Origin: Coprothermobacterota bacterium
GTDB taxonomy: Bacteria > Coprothermobacterota > Coprothermobacteria > Coprothermobacterales > Coprothermobacteraceae
Assembly (NCBI GenBank): GCA_036679065.1
Contig: JAZIGN010000003.1
Coordinates: 288,001-352,000, forward strand
DNA: 64,000 nt
Direction of reading: 5' to 3'
A model generated the notes under the pieces. It did not search any database and was not told the DNA's origin. It saw only the letters and a list, made by a program, of their open reading frames with translations. Position 1 is the first letter of the stretch. The number at the start of each line of letters is the position of its first letter. Shown here piece after piece: positions 1 to 10,170 of the stretch. Both the position numbers and the translations under genes were made by a program.

Positions 1-144
1 GTACGTGCCCCCTTTGTGGACAATTGTAACACAACGGTGGTAAGTAACAGCAGAGAAGATAAGCTTTTAATGTGGATGCAACAAAAAGTTCGCTTTACGG
101 GTGCACTGACAAGGAGTGTACACAGTGAATTTCAAGAGTGGTTA

Positions 145-180
145 TGGAGTGCAGGCGTTCCTTTTCAGTCCTGCACTCCA
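145..180. terminator. Hairpin downstream of tnaA (TGGAGTGCAGG...CCTGCACTCCA)
   Basis: 11-bp inverted repeat just past the tnaA stop; no strong U-tract. Confidence 0.55.
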
Positions 181-197
181 TGGTGTTCTAACTGTTA

Positions 198-1550
198 TTA
201 AGCCCACTCAAATCGAGCTAAGAAGTGCCTTAAAACGGGCGGTTCGTAGGTAATCTTCACGCCGCGGACCTGGTCACGGCGCTTGCTTATGTTACTGAGG
301 CACTCTGCCACATATGCCATGTGATTGTCGGTGTAAACTCGGCGTGGTATGGTAAGCCGCACCAGTTCGGTTGGCGCTTGCCTGCCCATGAGCAGACTTC
401 CGATCTCCACGGCGCGCACACCACCTTCCAAATACAGTTCTGCTGTTAGGGCAACGCCGGGGAAACTGTCCCAGGACAAATGTGGGAGCATTTTACCTGC
501 ATCCACGAACACGGCATGCCCTCCAACAGGTGTTTGGATGGGAATGCCAGCTTCGGTGAGCAGTTGACCCAAGTACTGGACTTGGTTGATGCGGGACTGG
601 AGGTAATCGAAGCTGAGTACTTCCCTGAGTCCTCTGGAGATTGCTTCCAAATCTCTGCCTGCCAATCCACCGTAGGTGGGAAAGCCCTCATACACAATGA
701 CCAGTTCTCGAAGCCTCATGTAAAGTTCTTCATCGTCCTTTATGCCGATCATACCGCCAATATTTACCAAAGCGTCCTTCTTGGCGCTGAAAGTGAAGCC
801 GTCAGCGTAACTGAACATTTCGTGCACGATTTCTGGTATGCTCTTATCCTTATAGCCCTCTTCGCGGGTCTTTATGAAGTAGGCATTTTCTGCAAAACGT
901 GCAGCATCGATGAATACTCTGATGCCATAGCGCCTGCACATTTCTGATACTTGCCTTATGTTCTCCATGGACACGGGCTGACCGCCCACGGTGTTGCATG
1001 TGACAGTGATGAGCATGAAAGCAATACTGTCTGTGCCATGCTCCTTTATGAAGTTCTCTAACTTCTGAAGGTCAATGTTTCCTTTGAACGGATGGTAAGT
1101 CGAAGTTTCGTACGCCTCGTCAATAACCAGATTTACCGGCTTACCACCTTTCAGGGTTATATGAGCCTCGGTGGTATCAAAATGTACATTCCCAAGCACA
1201 TACTGCCCAGGTTTTACCAGTATGCTGAACAGCAGATTCTCTGCCCCCCTGCCTTGGTGTGTGGGCACAATGTACTTGTAGCCAAAAACTTCCTGAGCTG
1301 TGTCCTGCAGGTGGTAAAAATTCTTGCATCCCGCATAGGATTCGTCGCCCAGCATGAGTCCCGCCCATTGGTTGTCGCTCATGGCATTGGTTCCACTATC
1401 CGTAAGCAGGTCAATGAAAACATCTTCTGCTTTCAAAGAAAACACATTCAACCCGGCTTCGCTGAGCTTCTTTTCTCTTTCTTCTCTGGGAAGAAGGCGT
1501 ATGGGCTCCACCATTTTGATTCGGTAAGGTTCCGGCATGCGCATGCTCAT
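198..1550 (-). CDS. tnaA: Tryptophanase (PLP beta-eliminating lyase)
   Basis: [28 protein letters not shown] Lys motif SAKKD, and C-terminal LRHF (His as in tryptophanase, not LRFF as in tyrosine phenol-lyase); GGAGG RBS before ATG 1550. Confidence 0.85.
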   Translation of the reverse strand: MSMRMPEPYRIKMVEPIRLLPREEREKKLSEAGLNVFSLKAEDVFIDLLTDSGTNAMSDNQWAGLMLGDESYAGCKNFYHLQDTAQEVFGYKYIVPTHQGRGAENLLFSILVKPGQYVLGNVHFDTTEAHITLKGGKPVNLVIDEAYETSTYHPFKGNIDLQKLENFIKEHGTDSIAFMLITVTCNTVGGQPVSMENIRQVSEMCRRYGIRVFIDAARFAENAYFIKTREEGYKDKSIPEIVHEMFSYADGFTFSAKKDALVNIGGMIGIKDDEELYMRLRELVIVYEGFPTYGGLAGRDLEAISRGLREVLSFDYLQSRINQVQYLGQLLTEAGIPIQTPVGGHAVFVDAGKMLPHLSWDSFPGVALTAELYLEGGVRAVEIGSLLMGRQAPTELVRLTIPRRVYTDNHMAYVAECLSNISKRRDQVRGVKITYEPPVLRHFLARFEWA

Positions 1551-1651
1551 GTTTCCTCCTTTCAACTACTTACGTTGTTTATTTTAACCGAAAGCCAATG
1601 TTATGGTTGTGTTAAAATTAACAGCGAGGCCAAACACAGGGAAGATAGGGA

Positions 1652-1703
1652 AGGGGCACTCCGACCCTCCTGCTTGAGCAAAGCAAGGAAGGTCGGAGTT
1701 TTG
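1652..1703. terminator. Long stem-loop between msrAB and tnaA
   Basis: ACTCCGACC...GGTCGGAGT outer arms with an inner TGCT/AGCA stem. Confidence 0.5.
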
Positions 1704-1721
1704 ATCATTTAGTGCTGTTGT

Positions 1722-2624
1722 TTAGTCCAGGGATATGGTGATGTCTTTGTCTTTGTTAAAAATGGTTCTTCTGTAGTGGCAATAGGGTGTTTTGCCTGTT
1801 TTGTCGTAATAATCCTGATGGTAATCCTCAGCAGGCCAAAACGTTGATGCTTTTTCTATGCGGGTTGCCACTTTGTACTTTTCAGATAGGAGTGCTTTTA
1901 TTTTCTCCGCTTTTTGTTTTTGCTCATCACTGGTGTAGAAAATGACGCTGCGGTACTGTTCACCCCAGTCAGGACCCTGCCTGTTCACCTGGGTAAAATC
2001 GTGTATTTCGAAAAAGTACTTGATAAGGTCTTCCACGTCCACTTTTGTGTCATAAACAACGCGGACTGTTTCAGCGTGTCCCGTGGTGCCGGTGCACACC
2101 TCTTCGTAAGTGGGGTGCTCAGTGTGACCATCCATGAAGCCCACCTGCGTGTCTAAAACGCCTTCACACTGCTTAAAAAGATGTTCAACACCCCAGAAAC
2201 AACCTGCTGCAAAGAATATCTGTTCCTTTTCCGGTCTTTGACCCTTGGGTAGGAATCTTAAGGAAACCGAGTTCACACAGTGCCTGGTGTTCTTCTCAGT
2301 GAATCCCTCACCTGTGAAAACGTGGCCCAAATGTGCCCCGCAGTAGCCACAAATGATTTCAGTCCTTACTCCGTCTTTGTCAGGTTGTCGAAGAACTGCT
2401 CCGGGCACTTCATCGTCAAAACTGGGCCAACCACATTCGGAATGGAACTTATCTTGGGAACGGTATAATGGCAAGCCGCAGTTCTTGCAGACGTAAGTGC
2501 CTTCTTCAAAGAAATCATAATACTCCCCGGTGAAAGGTGGTTCGGTAGCCTTCTCGAACATGACTTTTCTTTCCAGTTCGGAAAAATCTCTGCCCTCATC
2601 CACGCGTCTATACGCCTCCTTCAT
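1722..2624 (-). CDS. msrAB: Fused methionine sulfoxide reductase MsrB-MsrA
   Basis: MsrB motifs ATEPPF, CGWPSF, HLGHVF, RHCVNS followed by MsrA motifs GCFWG, GHAE, AEDYHQDY. Confidence 0.95.
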   Translation of the reverse strand: MKEAYRRVDEGRDFSELERKVMFEKATEPPFTGEYYDFFEEGTYVCKNCGLPLYRSQDKFHSECGWPSFDDEVPGAVLRQPDKDGVRTEIICGYCGAHLGHVFTGEGFTEKNTRHCVNSVSLRFLPKGQRPEKEQIFFAAGCFWGVEHLFKQCEGVLDTQVGFMDGHTEHPTYEEVCTGTTGHAETVRVVYDTKVDVEDLIKYFFEIHDFTQVNRQGPDWGEQYRSVIFYTSDEQKQKAEKIKALLSEKYKVATRIEKASTFWPAEDYHQDYYDKTGKTPYCHYRRTIFNKDKDITISLD

Positions 2625-2777
2625 TTGGGCTAAAGAACTTCACTTTTGAAACATGCAATTTATTCACCTCAACTTTACCATACTATATAACCACTTTACT
2701 CTATTCTCTATTGTGGGTCACAGGGTCACATCAAGATGCGAGGTGGGTATACCATTTTATAGTAAGGCGGTGATTAC

Positions 2778-3743
2778 GTGAAAGGTAAAGCAGTTTTAGT
2801 GGCGTTGGTTGTTTTGGCTGTGTTGATTGGTGCCTTTGCTCTGGGTTCGTTTTTTGGCGAGGCACCGAAACCTTCTCCTTATAATGGGACAGTAGGAGAA
2901 AACAGCCCCACTACAACGACCCCAGTACCTTCTTCACCTTCAATACCTGAAGAAGAGACTCCTTCAGAGCCCGTTACGGGCACCAGCGAAGAAGCTTCAT
3001 CACCAGCCACTGTAGCAGTGGAAGTGAGCAAGTTGGAAGCAATTTGTCCGCGATCCTTGGATAACACCAAATACGGATGGGGCATGAGAATACTACCCAA
3101 CCACCAAACACCTGATATTGGAGCTAAGGCAAAAGAGCTGTTAGATAAATACCATGCCATTTTTACAGGGAATACCAGCGAAAAAGTGGTTTACCTCACC
3201 TTTGATGAGGGATACGAAGCAGGTAATACAGCAAGAATATTGGATATCCTAAAAAGCAATGATGTTAAGGCTGCGTTTTTCATAACGGGAGCGTTCATAA
3301 AGAGTGAACCGAACTTGGTTCAGCGCATGGTGGATGAAGGGCACATCGTGGGGAACCACACAGTTAACCACGTAAGTTTGCCCACAGTCAGTGACGAGAA
3401 AGCTGCTGACGAAATAAACAGATTGGCGCAGATGTATTATGAATTAACACATCAAACAATGAAATACTTAAGACCTCCAAGCGGTGAGTACAGTGAGAGA
3501 TCTCTTTGCGTTACCGACGCCCTTGGTTATAGGACCGTATTTTGGAGCATTGCCATGGCAGACTGGGTACCTTTAAAAGGTGGACCAGATGAAGCCTATA
3601 ACACGGTAATGAACCGACTGCACAATGGTGCCGTTATCCTCTTGCATGCTGTATCATCCGATGACATTCAAATCCTTGATAAGCTTATAAAAGACATAAA
3701 GGCTGAAGGCTACCGCTTTGGCACCCTAGACGAGATACCGTAG
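2778..3743 (+). CDS. Membrane-anchored polysaccharide/peptidoglycan deacetylase (CE4, PdaA-like)
   Basis: N-terminal TM segment, Pro/Ser/Thr linker, motifs TFDEG, GNHTVNH, RPPSG, LLH. Confidence 0.9.
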   Translation: MKGKAVLVALVVLAVLIGAFALGSFFGEAPKPSPYNGTVGENSPTTTTPVPSSPSIPEEETPSEPVTGTSEEASSPATVAVEVSKLEAICPRSLDNTKYGWGMRILPNHQTPDIGAKAKELLDKYHAIFTGNTSEKVVYLTFDEGYEAGNTARILDILKSNDVKAAFFITGAFIKSEPNLVQRMVDEGHIVGNHTVNHVSLPTVSDEKAADEINRLAQMYYELTHQTMKYLRPPSGEYSERSLCVTDALGYRTVFWSIAMADWVPLKGGPDEAYNTVMNRLHNGAVILLHAVSSDDIQILDKLIKDIKAEGYRFGTLDEIP

Positions 3744-3768
3744 TAAATCAGAAATTGTTTATAGCGCG

Positions 3769-3804
3769 GCTCGGCAGAGAATTCATTCTTTGCCGAGCTT
3801 TTTT
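3769..3804 (+). terminator. Intrinsic terminator GCTCGGCA...TGCCGAGC plus T6
   Basis: Inverted repeat followed by a T-run after the deacetylase stop. Confidence 0.8.
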
Positions 3805-4078
3805 GTACGAAACCGCTGAGAAGGTTAAGTCCTTTAGAGATGGGTTGGGATCACCCGCTCGTAGTTTCTGTTCTTGCTGACCTGTGTTATACTCGCCATT
3901 AGATGGGCTTCAGAGTGGGGAGCCTATAAAGGGGGTAATAGCGAGGGCGAGCGAAAGTGCTGGGTTTAAGAAGGTATTGTCAACAGCTGTGATTTTGCAG
4001 GTTTTTGTTATTTCTGTTGTTTGATTTCAATTCACAGAAAGAGTGAAATACAATTTGGGTTGACAAAAGGGAGGGGCT

Positions 4079-4639
4079 ATGGAAAAAAGAGGCGATTTTA
4101 AAGGAAGAATTACTTTCATAAATATGTTCTCCTTACTTGGCCTCAGTGCCTATGCAGCAGGAAAAGATCTGAATGCTTTTACCATTGCATTACAAATTGT
4201 AGAGTTATTATGTCTCACTTATTCTATTGTACTTTCTGGAAGAAATGATGATGTTGATAGATTACCTGTGGAAACTAGTGAATACAGAGCGATAGCAAAA
4301 GGCGACTTATTTATGACATTGCTCTTCTTTGCTGGTGTGGGAACTGCGTTTCTAATAGCTTATCTCAATGACAGAGGAATTATAGGTCCGTTAAATACCG
4401 TTGAGGTTTTCAGAAATTGCTTTGTGGGCTACGGGGCTACGACTATGATGTTCAACATATTTGCACTTTCTCTTTTATATAAGGAAAATACGAAAGCACT
4501 GGTGAATTTATTCTTCATCTGCGCTCTTGTCGGTTTTGTTTTAGTTTTGTTTCCAGACAACTTGATTGCGTATTTTGCATTCGCGGCGTTAATCGTTTAT
4601 TTATACGTTGTATATTCGCGCTACCAAGTTAAAATCTGA
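4079..4639 (+). CDS. Hypothetical multi-pass membrane protein
   Basis: GGGAGG RBS, about 6 hydrophobic segments, AT-rich. Confidence 0.7.
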   Translation: MEKRGDFKGRITFINMFSLLGLSAYAAGKDLNAFTIALQIVELLCLTYSIVLSGRNDDVDRLPVETSEYRAIAKGDLFMTLLFFAGVGTAFLIAYLNDRGIIGPLNTVEVFRNCFVGYGATTMMFNIFALSLLYKENTKALVNLFFICALVGFVLVLFPDNLIAYFAFAALIVYLYVVYSRYQVKI

Positions 4640-4957
4640 AAAGAAGGTATGATTAGTTCGTAACTGTGCACCTACTTCTGTCTTGACTTTGTCTACCTTC
4701 TCAAGGAGCAAATTAAAAATAACATGTTTTAAAGAGTACGTGAAGCAGCTGTGTTGCACCTTGCCACATTGGCGTAAAGAACAGTTGCTTAAAATTTTCC
4801 ACGAGAAACCAAAGCGACATATATGCGACTTAGTTGACTTACCTCGTTTTTTCCTGTTTCATGAAAAGTAGTCTCATTTTTAGAGTAGTCCCAAGTGTTT
4901 CTTATTGGTCATAGCTCTGTGATACAGGCATCTATCTTTTGCCGAGCTTTTTGTCTT

Positions 4958-5125
4958 TTACGGTGAATCCGGGACAATAACTTTGTCAGGTGTGTCTACG
5001 AAATAGCTATTAACCTGCTTTGCGTTTGCACCGTACATGCAAAGGCGCGAGGTTTTCACATTCTCTGGCATTGGTCTAATCATGGTGTAAGGCATTATCA
5101 GTGAAAATCCAGTTAAGTTGTCTGC
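4958..5125 (-). pseudogene. 3' remnant of the lipoprotein family at 14676-15773
   Basis: NLTGFSLIMPYTMIRPMPENVKTSRLCMYGANAKQVNSYFVDTPDKVIVPDSP aligns with ELAGFALITPYSRLRPIPEQLKTTKVYIYDAHGKQLNSYAINTPDSVVVPMTP. Confidence 0.8.
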
Positions 5126-5405
5126 CCAACTATAAAAGCCTACGATTGAGGAATAACAACTTGCAATGGCGTTTGAATGTTGTAGGCATTTGGTTGTTTG
5201 CCTGTGCATCATAGACACAAACTGTGCTTCGGCTTATATCCAGAGGAGTAATCAAAGTAAATCCCACAAGTTTTTCATAAAGGTGTGGTCCGTAGCTATT
5301 TTGGCTAATATTTCCTGTAAATTGCTAGTTGTGCATGGTGTTTGTCGTATTCCGAGGTGTATAATCGAGCTAATAAATGCATCTCTTGGGGGGGGTGTGA
5401 AAGAA

Positions 5406-6101
5406 GTGAAAAGCAATAAACTTACATCACTGATTCTGGTGTCCGTAATTTTATTTTCCTTTTGTTTGGCCTCTTGTAGTTCAGGTACTACAACTGCAAA
5501 TTCGATGCCTGCAACTAGTGTAATTGAGTTGTTTGAGAAAGCTGGAAAGGTCTTTGCAGAGTTGGACAGCACGGACGTAATTAGCGTTACTGTCACAGTA
5601 CGCAGCATCGAACAGGTAAAAGGGGACAAAGTGAGTCACTGGGACACGAGCTCCATTGAGCCTACAATGGTGATAGAACAGGACAATGGTTATTTAAGTG
5701 CGGAAGTTTGGATTGATGCTACATCGCAAAGTACATCAAGTAGCAATTGGGCAACGAGTTTTGCACAATCATGGCTTGAAAGAAACAAGTATTATCTAAC
5801 ACAAAGTCAGAAGGACGCTGTAGAAAATTGGATCAAGGACAATGCAACGAAAATCTGTCCCAAAGACGATCCACTGTGTGTAAAGAGAACTACAACGGGC
5901 TCTTGGGGCTACAAACTGTATAGTCCTTCTTTGGTAGATGCACAGAAAGGCAATTTTGACGTGTGGTTTTGGACAGATTTGGACAAGGCACCTGAAGGTG
6001 AAATTACAAATTGGGAGCCTACAATCTTGGTCCACTGGGGGTTAATCCCTGAGGAAGTACATAAAGAACTGTTTGAACTTGTTTCCCAAACAACTCCTTA
6101 A
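5406..6101 (+). CDS. Lipoprotein, paralog family A (WLxxNKxxLT...YKL...GNFxVxxWTD)
   Basis: Lipobox LASC; G-rich RBS before GTG 5406; similar to 9261-9971 and 12343-13012. Confidence 0.75.
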   Translation: MKSNKLTSLILVSVILFSFCLASCSSGTTTANSMPATSVIELFEKAGKVFAELDSTDVISVTVTVRSIEQVKGDKVSHWDTSSIEPTMVIEQDNGYLSAEVWIDATSQSTSSSNWATSFAQSWLERNKYYLTQSQKDAVENWIKDNATKICPKDDPLCVKRTTTGSWGYKLYSPSLVDAQKGNFDVWFWTDLDKAPEGEITNWEPTILVHWGLIPEEVHKELFELVSQTTP

Positions 6102-6135
6102 TACTGTGCTGATTGAAAGGTTTTTGGGAAGTGTG

Positions 6136-6159
6136 GGCTCGGCAGATCTCTGCCGAGCC
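6136..6159. terminator. Hairpin GGCTCGGCAG...CTGCCGAGCC (same arms as the 3769 terminator)
   Basis: 10-bp perfect inverted repeat. Confidence 0.7.
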
Positions 6160-6167
6160 ATTTTGCT

Positions 6168-6240
6168 TTATGGTGAATCCGGTACAATAACTTGAACTGG
6201 TGTTTCTATGGGATAATTTTTGAGCTGTTTAGCATTGCAG
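6168..6240 (-). pseudogene. Second 3' remnant of lipoprotein family B
   Basis: Minus strand reads CNAKQLKNYPIETPVQVIVPDSP*, matching the ends of the 4958, 8098 and 14676 ORFs. Confidence 0.7.
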
Positions 6241-6403
6241 CTAAGAAGAATATCGCGTGTTATGGCTAACTCTGTCAGCTTAGCACGGTTATGGTTTATG
6301 AAATCAAGAATTACAAACGCGGCTGCTGACCCTACTCAGGGCTAAGATAAAGGGTTCATGGCACCAGCTCTGATAGCTGACACTTTGAACCTTTTCAGGA
6401 CTG

Positions 6404-7537
6404 TCATTTAAGATCAGGAGACCAACCAGCTGGTGTTGTTCTGTAGTTTACTAGCATTATGTTTTCACCATGCCATGTAGGTGTAAATGACCATTGGTTG
6501 AAGTTCTTGACGTTGAGTATGCCGATGTTATACACAGGATTTCCATTCTTGTAACTCATAAAATTGTAGATGAGGTAATCCTCATTTATGAAAAGCACCG
6601 AATCGAATGTCACAGCCTTATCACTGTTAGGAATTTCATAGATTTTAGTAAACTTGCCATCTTCTCCTTGCTTCACTACGACAATCTCATTTATCGCGGA
6701 ATCCCAAGTGCTTTTTATTGGAGATACTTGTGTGATGAAAGCATAAATGTCTTTTCCATTGTAGTCCAAGTCTTGTCTGGGAGGAGAAGGAAGATTGTTT
6801 ATCTCTGCGGGGTATGACACCGTAGAAGTGATCTTTAAGGTATGTTTGTCCAGTGACGCAATTTGATAAGGATAAGTTGGCGAGTAGATAACTGTGGCGT
6901 TCTCCTCGTTAGAGAAATAGAACTGCGACTTATTTTCTTTTACCCATCCTACTACCTTTATTTCATTACCAATTGCAGAAGGTGCAATAGAAAAGAAAGA
7001 TGGAATAGCATCACTTGGCGGCGCAAAGATATCGCTCCATTTGAACTCTTTCAATAGTTTTTTCTCCTTTGTGTTCCATACCTGCAAAACATCGGGCAAA
7101 CCTGGTGAATGTGGTGCATGGTACAAGAAAAGTTCATTCTGATTTAGCCAAATTAGATCGTACTCTTCACCTGGTGTTTTAGTTAGATCCTCTATGTGTC
7201 CTGTATTGAGATTCACCAGCGAAGTTATTTTAGCATCCATTTGATAGTTCCAATAGGCAACCGCCAACGTCTTGACATCAGGCGACAAAGCAGCCTCAGG
7301 CCTTGCTCCTCGCAATCCATGCCATAAAAGATGGAGCTCAGGAGCTTCTTTATTAATTAACTTTTGTACATCCCAAATGAAAACGGCCGCCTCGCGCTGC
7401 CCTGATTTTTCCTCTGAAATTACGGTGGTACATAGTATCCATTCATGCTCTGCAGATCTATGCGCCACTGGACTGGCGCAGCTTATACACAGCACTAAAG
7501 CTACTGTGACTAAAATTTTATACGTAGTTTTGAACAT
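6404..7537 (-). CDS. Putative lipoprotein, probably beta-propeller-like (TolB/WD40-like)
   Basis: Signal peptide ending CISC; repeat-like segments LSPDVKTLAV and DLTKTPGEEYDLIW. Confidence 0.65.
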   Translation of the reverse strand: MFKTTYKILVTVALVLCISCASPVAHRSAEHEWILCTTVISEEKSGQREAAVFIWDVQKLINKEAPELHLLWHGLRGARPEAALSPDVKTLAVAYWNYQMDAKITSLVNLNTGHIEDLTKTPGEEYDLIWLNQNELFLYHAPHSPGLPDVLQVWNTKEKKLLKEFKWSDIFAPPSDAIPSFFSIAPSAIGNEIKVVGWVKENKSQFYFSNEENATVIYSPTYPYQIASLDKHTLKITSTVSYPAEINNLPSPPRQDLDYNGKDIYAFITQVSPIKSTWDSAINEIVVVKQGEDGKFTKIYEIPNSDKAVTFDSVLFINEDYLIYNFMSYKNGNPVYNIGILNVKNFNQWSFTPTWHGENIMLVNYRTTPAGWSPDLK

Positions 7538-7557
7538 TGCCCTCATAGCTTCGTGTT

Positions 7558-7933
7558 CTATTCTGGATTGTATTGAGTCACCTGTAGCCATGTCCTACCA
7601 TAAACTAAGTTATAAGGGTTACCTGTAAGTTCTTGCATGTACTGGGTATCCAGATCTAATATTCTGTAACGCAAGTCCGAACCTGGTTTTTGATTTGACC
7701 CAAAGTCGTTTCTTTCTTTTTCGCCTACGGCGTTGTTAGTCATGGCTGCTCTCGGCATAATGTTTTTGTTCAACCAATATTACTGCACTTGAAGATTTTT
7801 CAGGAGTAGACGCCTTTGCTACAGCGGGTGTTCTAACACTTAGTGTGAACATACCTGTGAGGATAAGAGCAAGAATAATGACTGTAACCAACATAGCCTT
7901 CCATCCATCCCTTGAGAACCTAACGTTTCTCAT
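7558..7933 (-). pseudogene. Frameshifted or truncated secreted-protein gene sharing its leader with 9261-9971
   Basis: Signal peptide MRNVRFSRDGWKAMLV... nearly identical to that of the 9971 gene; frame stops at 7736 while another frame stays open to 7558. Confidence 0.55.
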
Positions 7934-8018
7934 AATCTTACGCCCCCCATCGGGCGACAACACCTCGAGGACAACACCCCCATTTGTAAAAGGAATGCAC
8001 CACATTTTTATGAAACTG
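7812..8018. repeat. ~200-bp direct repeat, copy 1 (upstream region plus signal peptide)
   Basis: Near-identical to 9850-10057 in the core (about 7848-7989). Confidence 0.9.
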
Positions 8019-8053
8019 TTGCCCTTTAGGAATAACAACAAAAAATTAGAAAC

Positions 8054-8085
8054 GGGGGCTGACAACGCATGGGTTGCCAGCCCCC
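8054..8085 (-). terminator. Terminator of the 8098-9243 gene
   Basis: GGGGGCTG...CAGCCCCC inverted repeat with T-rich tail on the minus strand. Confidence 0.65.
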
Positions 8086-8097
8086 TTAAGAACCTTG

Positions 8098-9243
8098 TTA
8101 TGATTGAGGCACAACAACTTGAAGCGGCGTTTGGATATTATAGCGACTGAGTTCTTTACCTGTGGCATCGTAGGTGACAAAGTTTGTTTCAGCAGTATCA
8201 ATCGGCGTAATCAGCACAAAAGCGACCAATTTTTCGTCATTTAACAAAGCAACGGTAATTTCATCCGGGCTGAATGTGCTTCCTACAACAATCGTGTAGC
8301 CTTTATATCCGTAAAAAGCTGGGGATGGGTAAGGCCCGCCAAATGATCCAAGTGATGTGGACGTAGAAATAATCTCGAAAGCGTCAGCCAACGACTGCAC
8401 CAGTTCAAATTTAGGGCTGTCAGAGCTTGCATTTACCTTAGCAGTGTTTGAGTAAAAATTGCCGTTTGCAAATGCTGCCCAACCACCTGCGTCAGACAGA
8501 AGTGAGTATGGTTCTTTCCTTTCGCTGTTTGCAACTTTCTTTTCTATTAGAGAGCCATCAGCGTTGATAAACTGGATATTAAGAAAAGAATTAGGTCCGG
8601 TTGACGATTGTGTTTCAGAGGCTGACAGAACATAGGTAGTGCTGCCTTCTGCGCCAACGCCCATGGCGTAACCACTCACTGTCGTTTTGACAGCTTCTGT
8701 GGATGAGAATCTGTAAATAGTTGAGTTAGAGAGGTCTTGCTCGAAGGTATATAGTTTGTTTGGTGTAGTATAACAATTTGTCATATTAAAGTACTGGTTA
8801 CACATCGACGTAGATGTAAGGCTAACAATATTCGCTTTAAGATTGTTCTCCTGAAGTCCGACGAAAAGATCTTTTTCTGTGGTGAATAATGTGGCAGTGT
8901 CCGAACCATCCCAGTAAATGGCAGTATTTGAAACAGGTTTCGGTGGTTGCGAGGATAGTCCGATCCAAGGACTCAATCTTACCCAAAAGTTGCTCTCGTT
9001 TGCATAGTTGGGAAACATTAGCGTTGTTGATGTGTCCATTTCCACAGTGCCTGTTTTGGTGTTCCATGTTAGCTTTAGCAGTTGTTCCTGATTATTTACA
9101 GCGTCAACGTAGCGCAAAAAAAGCGGTATCGATTCAACGGAGGTTGATGTGGGTGTGGTACTGGTGCAACCGACTGAAAGTATAAGTAAGACAGCACATA
9201 GAGAAATGGGAAATAACCGTTTTAAAACTTTACCTTTTTTCAT
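8098..9243 (-). CDS. Lipoprotein, paralog family B
   Basis: Lipobox SVGC; full-length similarity to 14676-15773 (WxxxxGTVE, WxGxD, YKxY, PxExTxA, terminal TPxxVVVP). Confidence 0.8.
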   Translation of the reverse strand: MKKGKVLKRLFPISLCAVLLILSVGCTSTTPTSTSVESIPLFLRYVDAVNNQEQLLKLTWNTKTGTVEMDTSTTLMFPNYANESNFWVRLSPWIGLSSQPPKPVSNTAIYWDGSDTATLFTTEKDLFVGLQENNLKANIVSLTSTSMCNQYFNMTNCYTTPNKLYTFEQDLSNSTIYRFSSTEAVKTTVSGYAMGVGAEGSTTYVLSASETQSSTGPNSFLNIQFINADGSLIEKKVANSERKEPYSLLSDAGGWAAFANGNFYSNTAKVNASSDSPKFELVQSLADAFEIISTSTSLGSFGGPYPSPAFYGYKGYTIVVGSTFSPDEITVALLNDEKLVAFVLITPIDTAETNFVTYDATGKELSRYNIQTPLQVVVPQS

Positions 9244-9260
9244 AATAATACCCCCTTTAT

Positions 9261-9971
9261 TTAGTCCTTACTGTCAAACCTCTCTATCGCGGTTTGCTCT
9301 GCTTCTGCGTAAATTGGTGTTAGTTGTTTTACGTAGTCACCAAATGTTTCATAAGCTTTGTTTGTTGCTTCTTCGTCAGTTGGTATGAAAATATTCTTTG
9401 GTATCCAGTTCTGTACTGTGCCGTTTTTTACTCTGTCGATATCAGTCCACAAGTACACAGTGAAGTTCCCATTGCGAGCTTCTTGTAAATTCGCAGCAGT
9501 TAGTTTATAAGTGGCACTGGACCCGAACGGAACCTCCATTTCCCACTTTACCCAGTCCTCATGTATTTTTATTTCTGTTTCAGCAACGTTTATCTCTTCT
9601 GTTGTGAGTCTGGACTTATTCTCCGCAAGCCACTGTGTTTTCCCTTTTAAGTGAGGCTCATCATAAGGGCTCTTGTAATCGAGGAGAAAGGTACATTCCG
9701 TGTTTACGATGGCCTCTATGCCGCCATCTGTAATGTTTAGTTCAGTAACTGTTGCATTAGATGTAAGTGTTTTATCATGTGGAACTGCAGTGGCAAAAAT
9801 CAGGGCTGCTTTCTTAACCAATGACTCTACCTCAGTCTTCTCAACTTCTGCTTTTGCCACAGCGGGTTGCTTAAAACTTAGCGTAAACATACCTGTGAGG
9901 ATAAGAGCAAGAATAATGACTGTAACCAACATAACCTTCCATCCATCTCTTGAGAACCTAACGTTTCTCAT
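9261..9971 (-). CDS. Secreted protein, paralog family A
   Basis: Signal peptide with AKA site; WLAENKSRLT, YKL, GNFTVYLWTD shared with 5406-6101. Confidence 0.75.
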   Translation of the reverse strand: MRNVRFSRDGWKVMLVTVIILALILTGMFTLSFKQPAVAKAEVEKTEVESLVKKAALIFATAVPHDKTLTSNATVTELNITDGGIEAIVNTECTFLLDYKSPYDEPHLKGKTQWLAENKSRLTTEEINVAETEIKIHEDWVKWEMEVPFGSSATYKLTAANLQEARNGNFTVYLWTDIDRVKNGTVQNWIPKNIFIPTDEEATNKAYETFGDYVKQLTPIYAEAEQTAIERFDSKD

Positions 9972-10057
9972 AATCTTACGCCTCCCATCGGGCGACAACA
10001 CCTCGAGGACAACACCCCCATTTGTAAGCCTAGTATATCACTTTTTCATGAAACTGC
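9850..10057. repeat. ~200-bp direct repeat, copy 2
   Basis: See copy 1 at 7812-8018. Confidence 0.9.
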
Positions 10058-10170
10058 TCTTCTTTACGAATAGAATGGGTGAAAAGAGCGCCGTGCTGCC
10101 TAGAATGTATTGCTCGAACTGCGGCGAGCAGCGGAAACAGCCTTTCATAATACTTCTGCCTGTTACATGT

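Noticed and set aside
198..1550. Tyrosine phenol-lyase assignment
   Set aside because: SAKKD and LRHF match tryptophanase rather than the SGKKD and LRFF of TPL.
5388..5395. G8 tract as a phase-variation switch
   Set aside because: It coincides with the RBS upstream of the likely start, it is short, and a single sequence gives no evidence of length variation.
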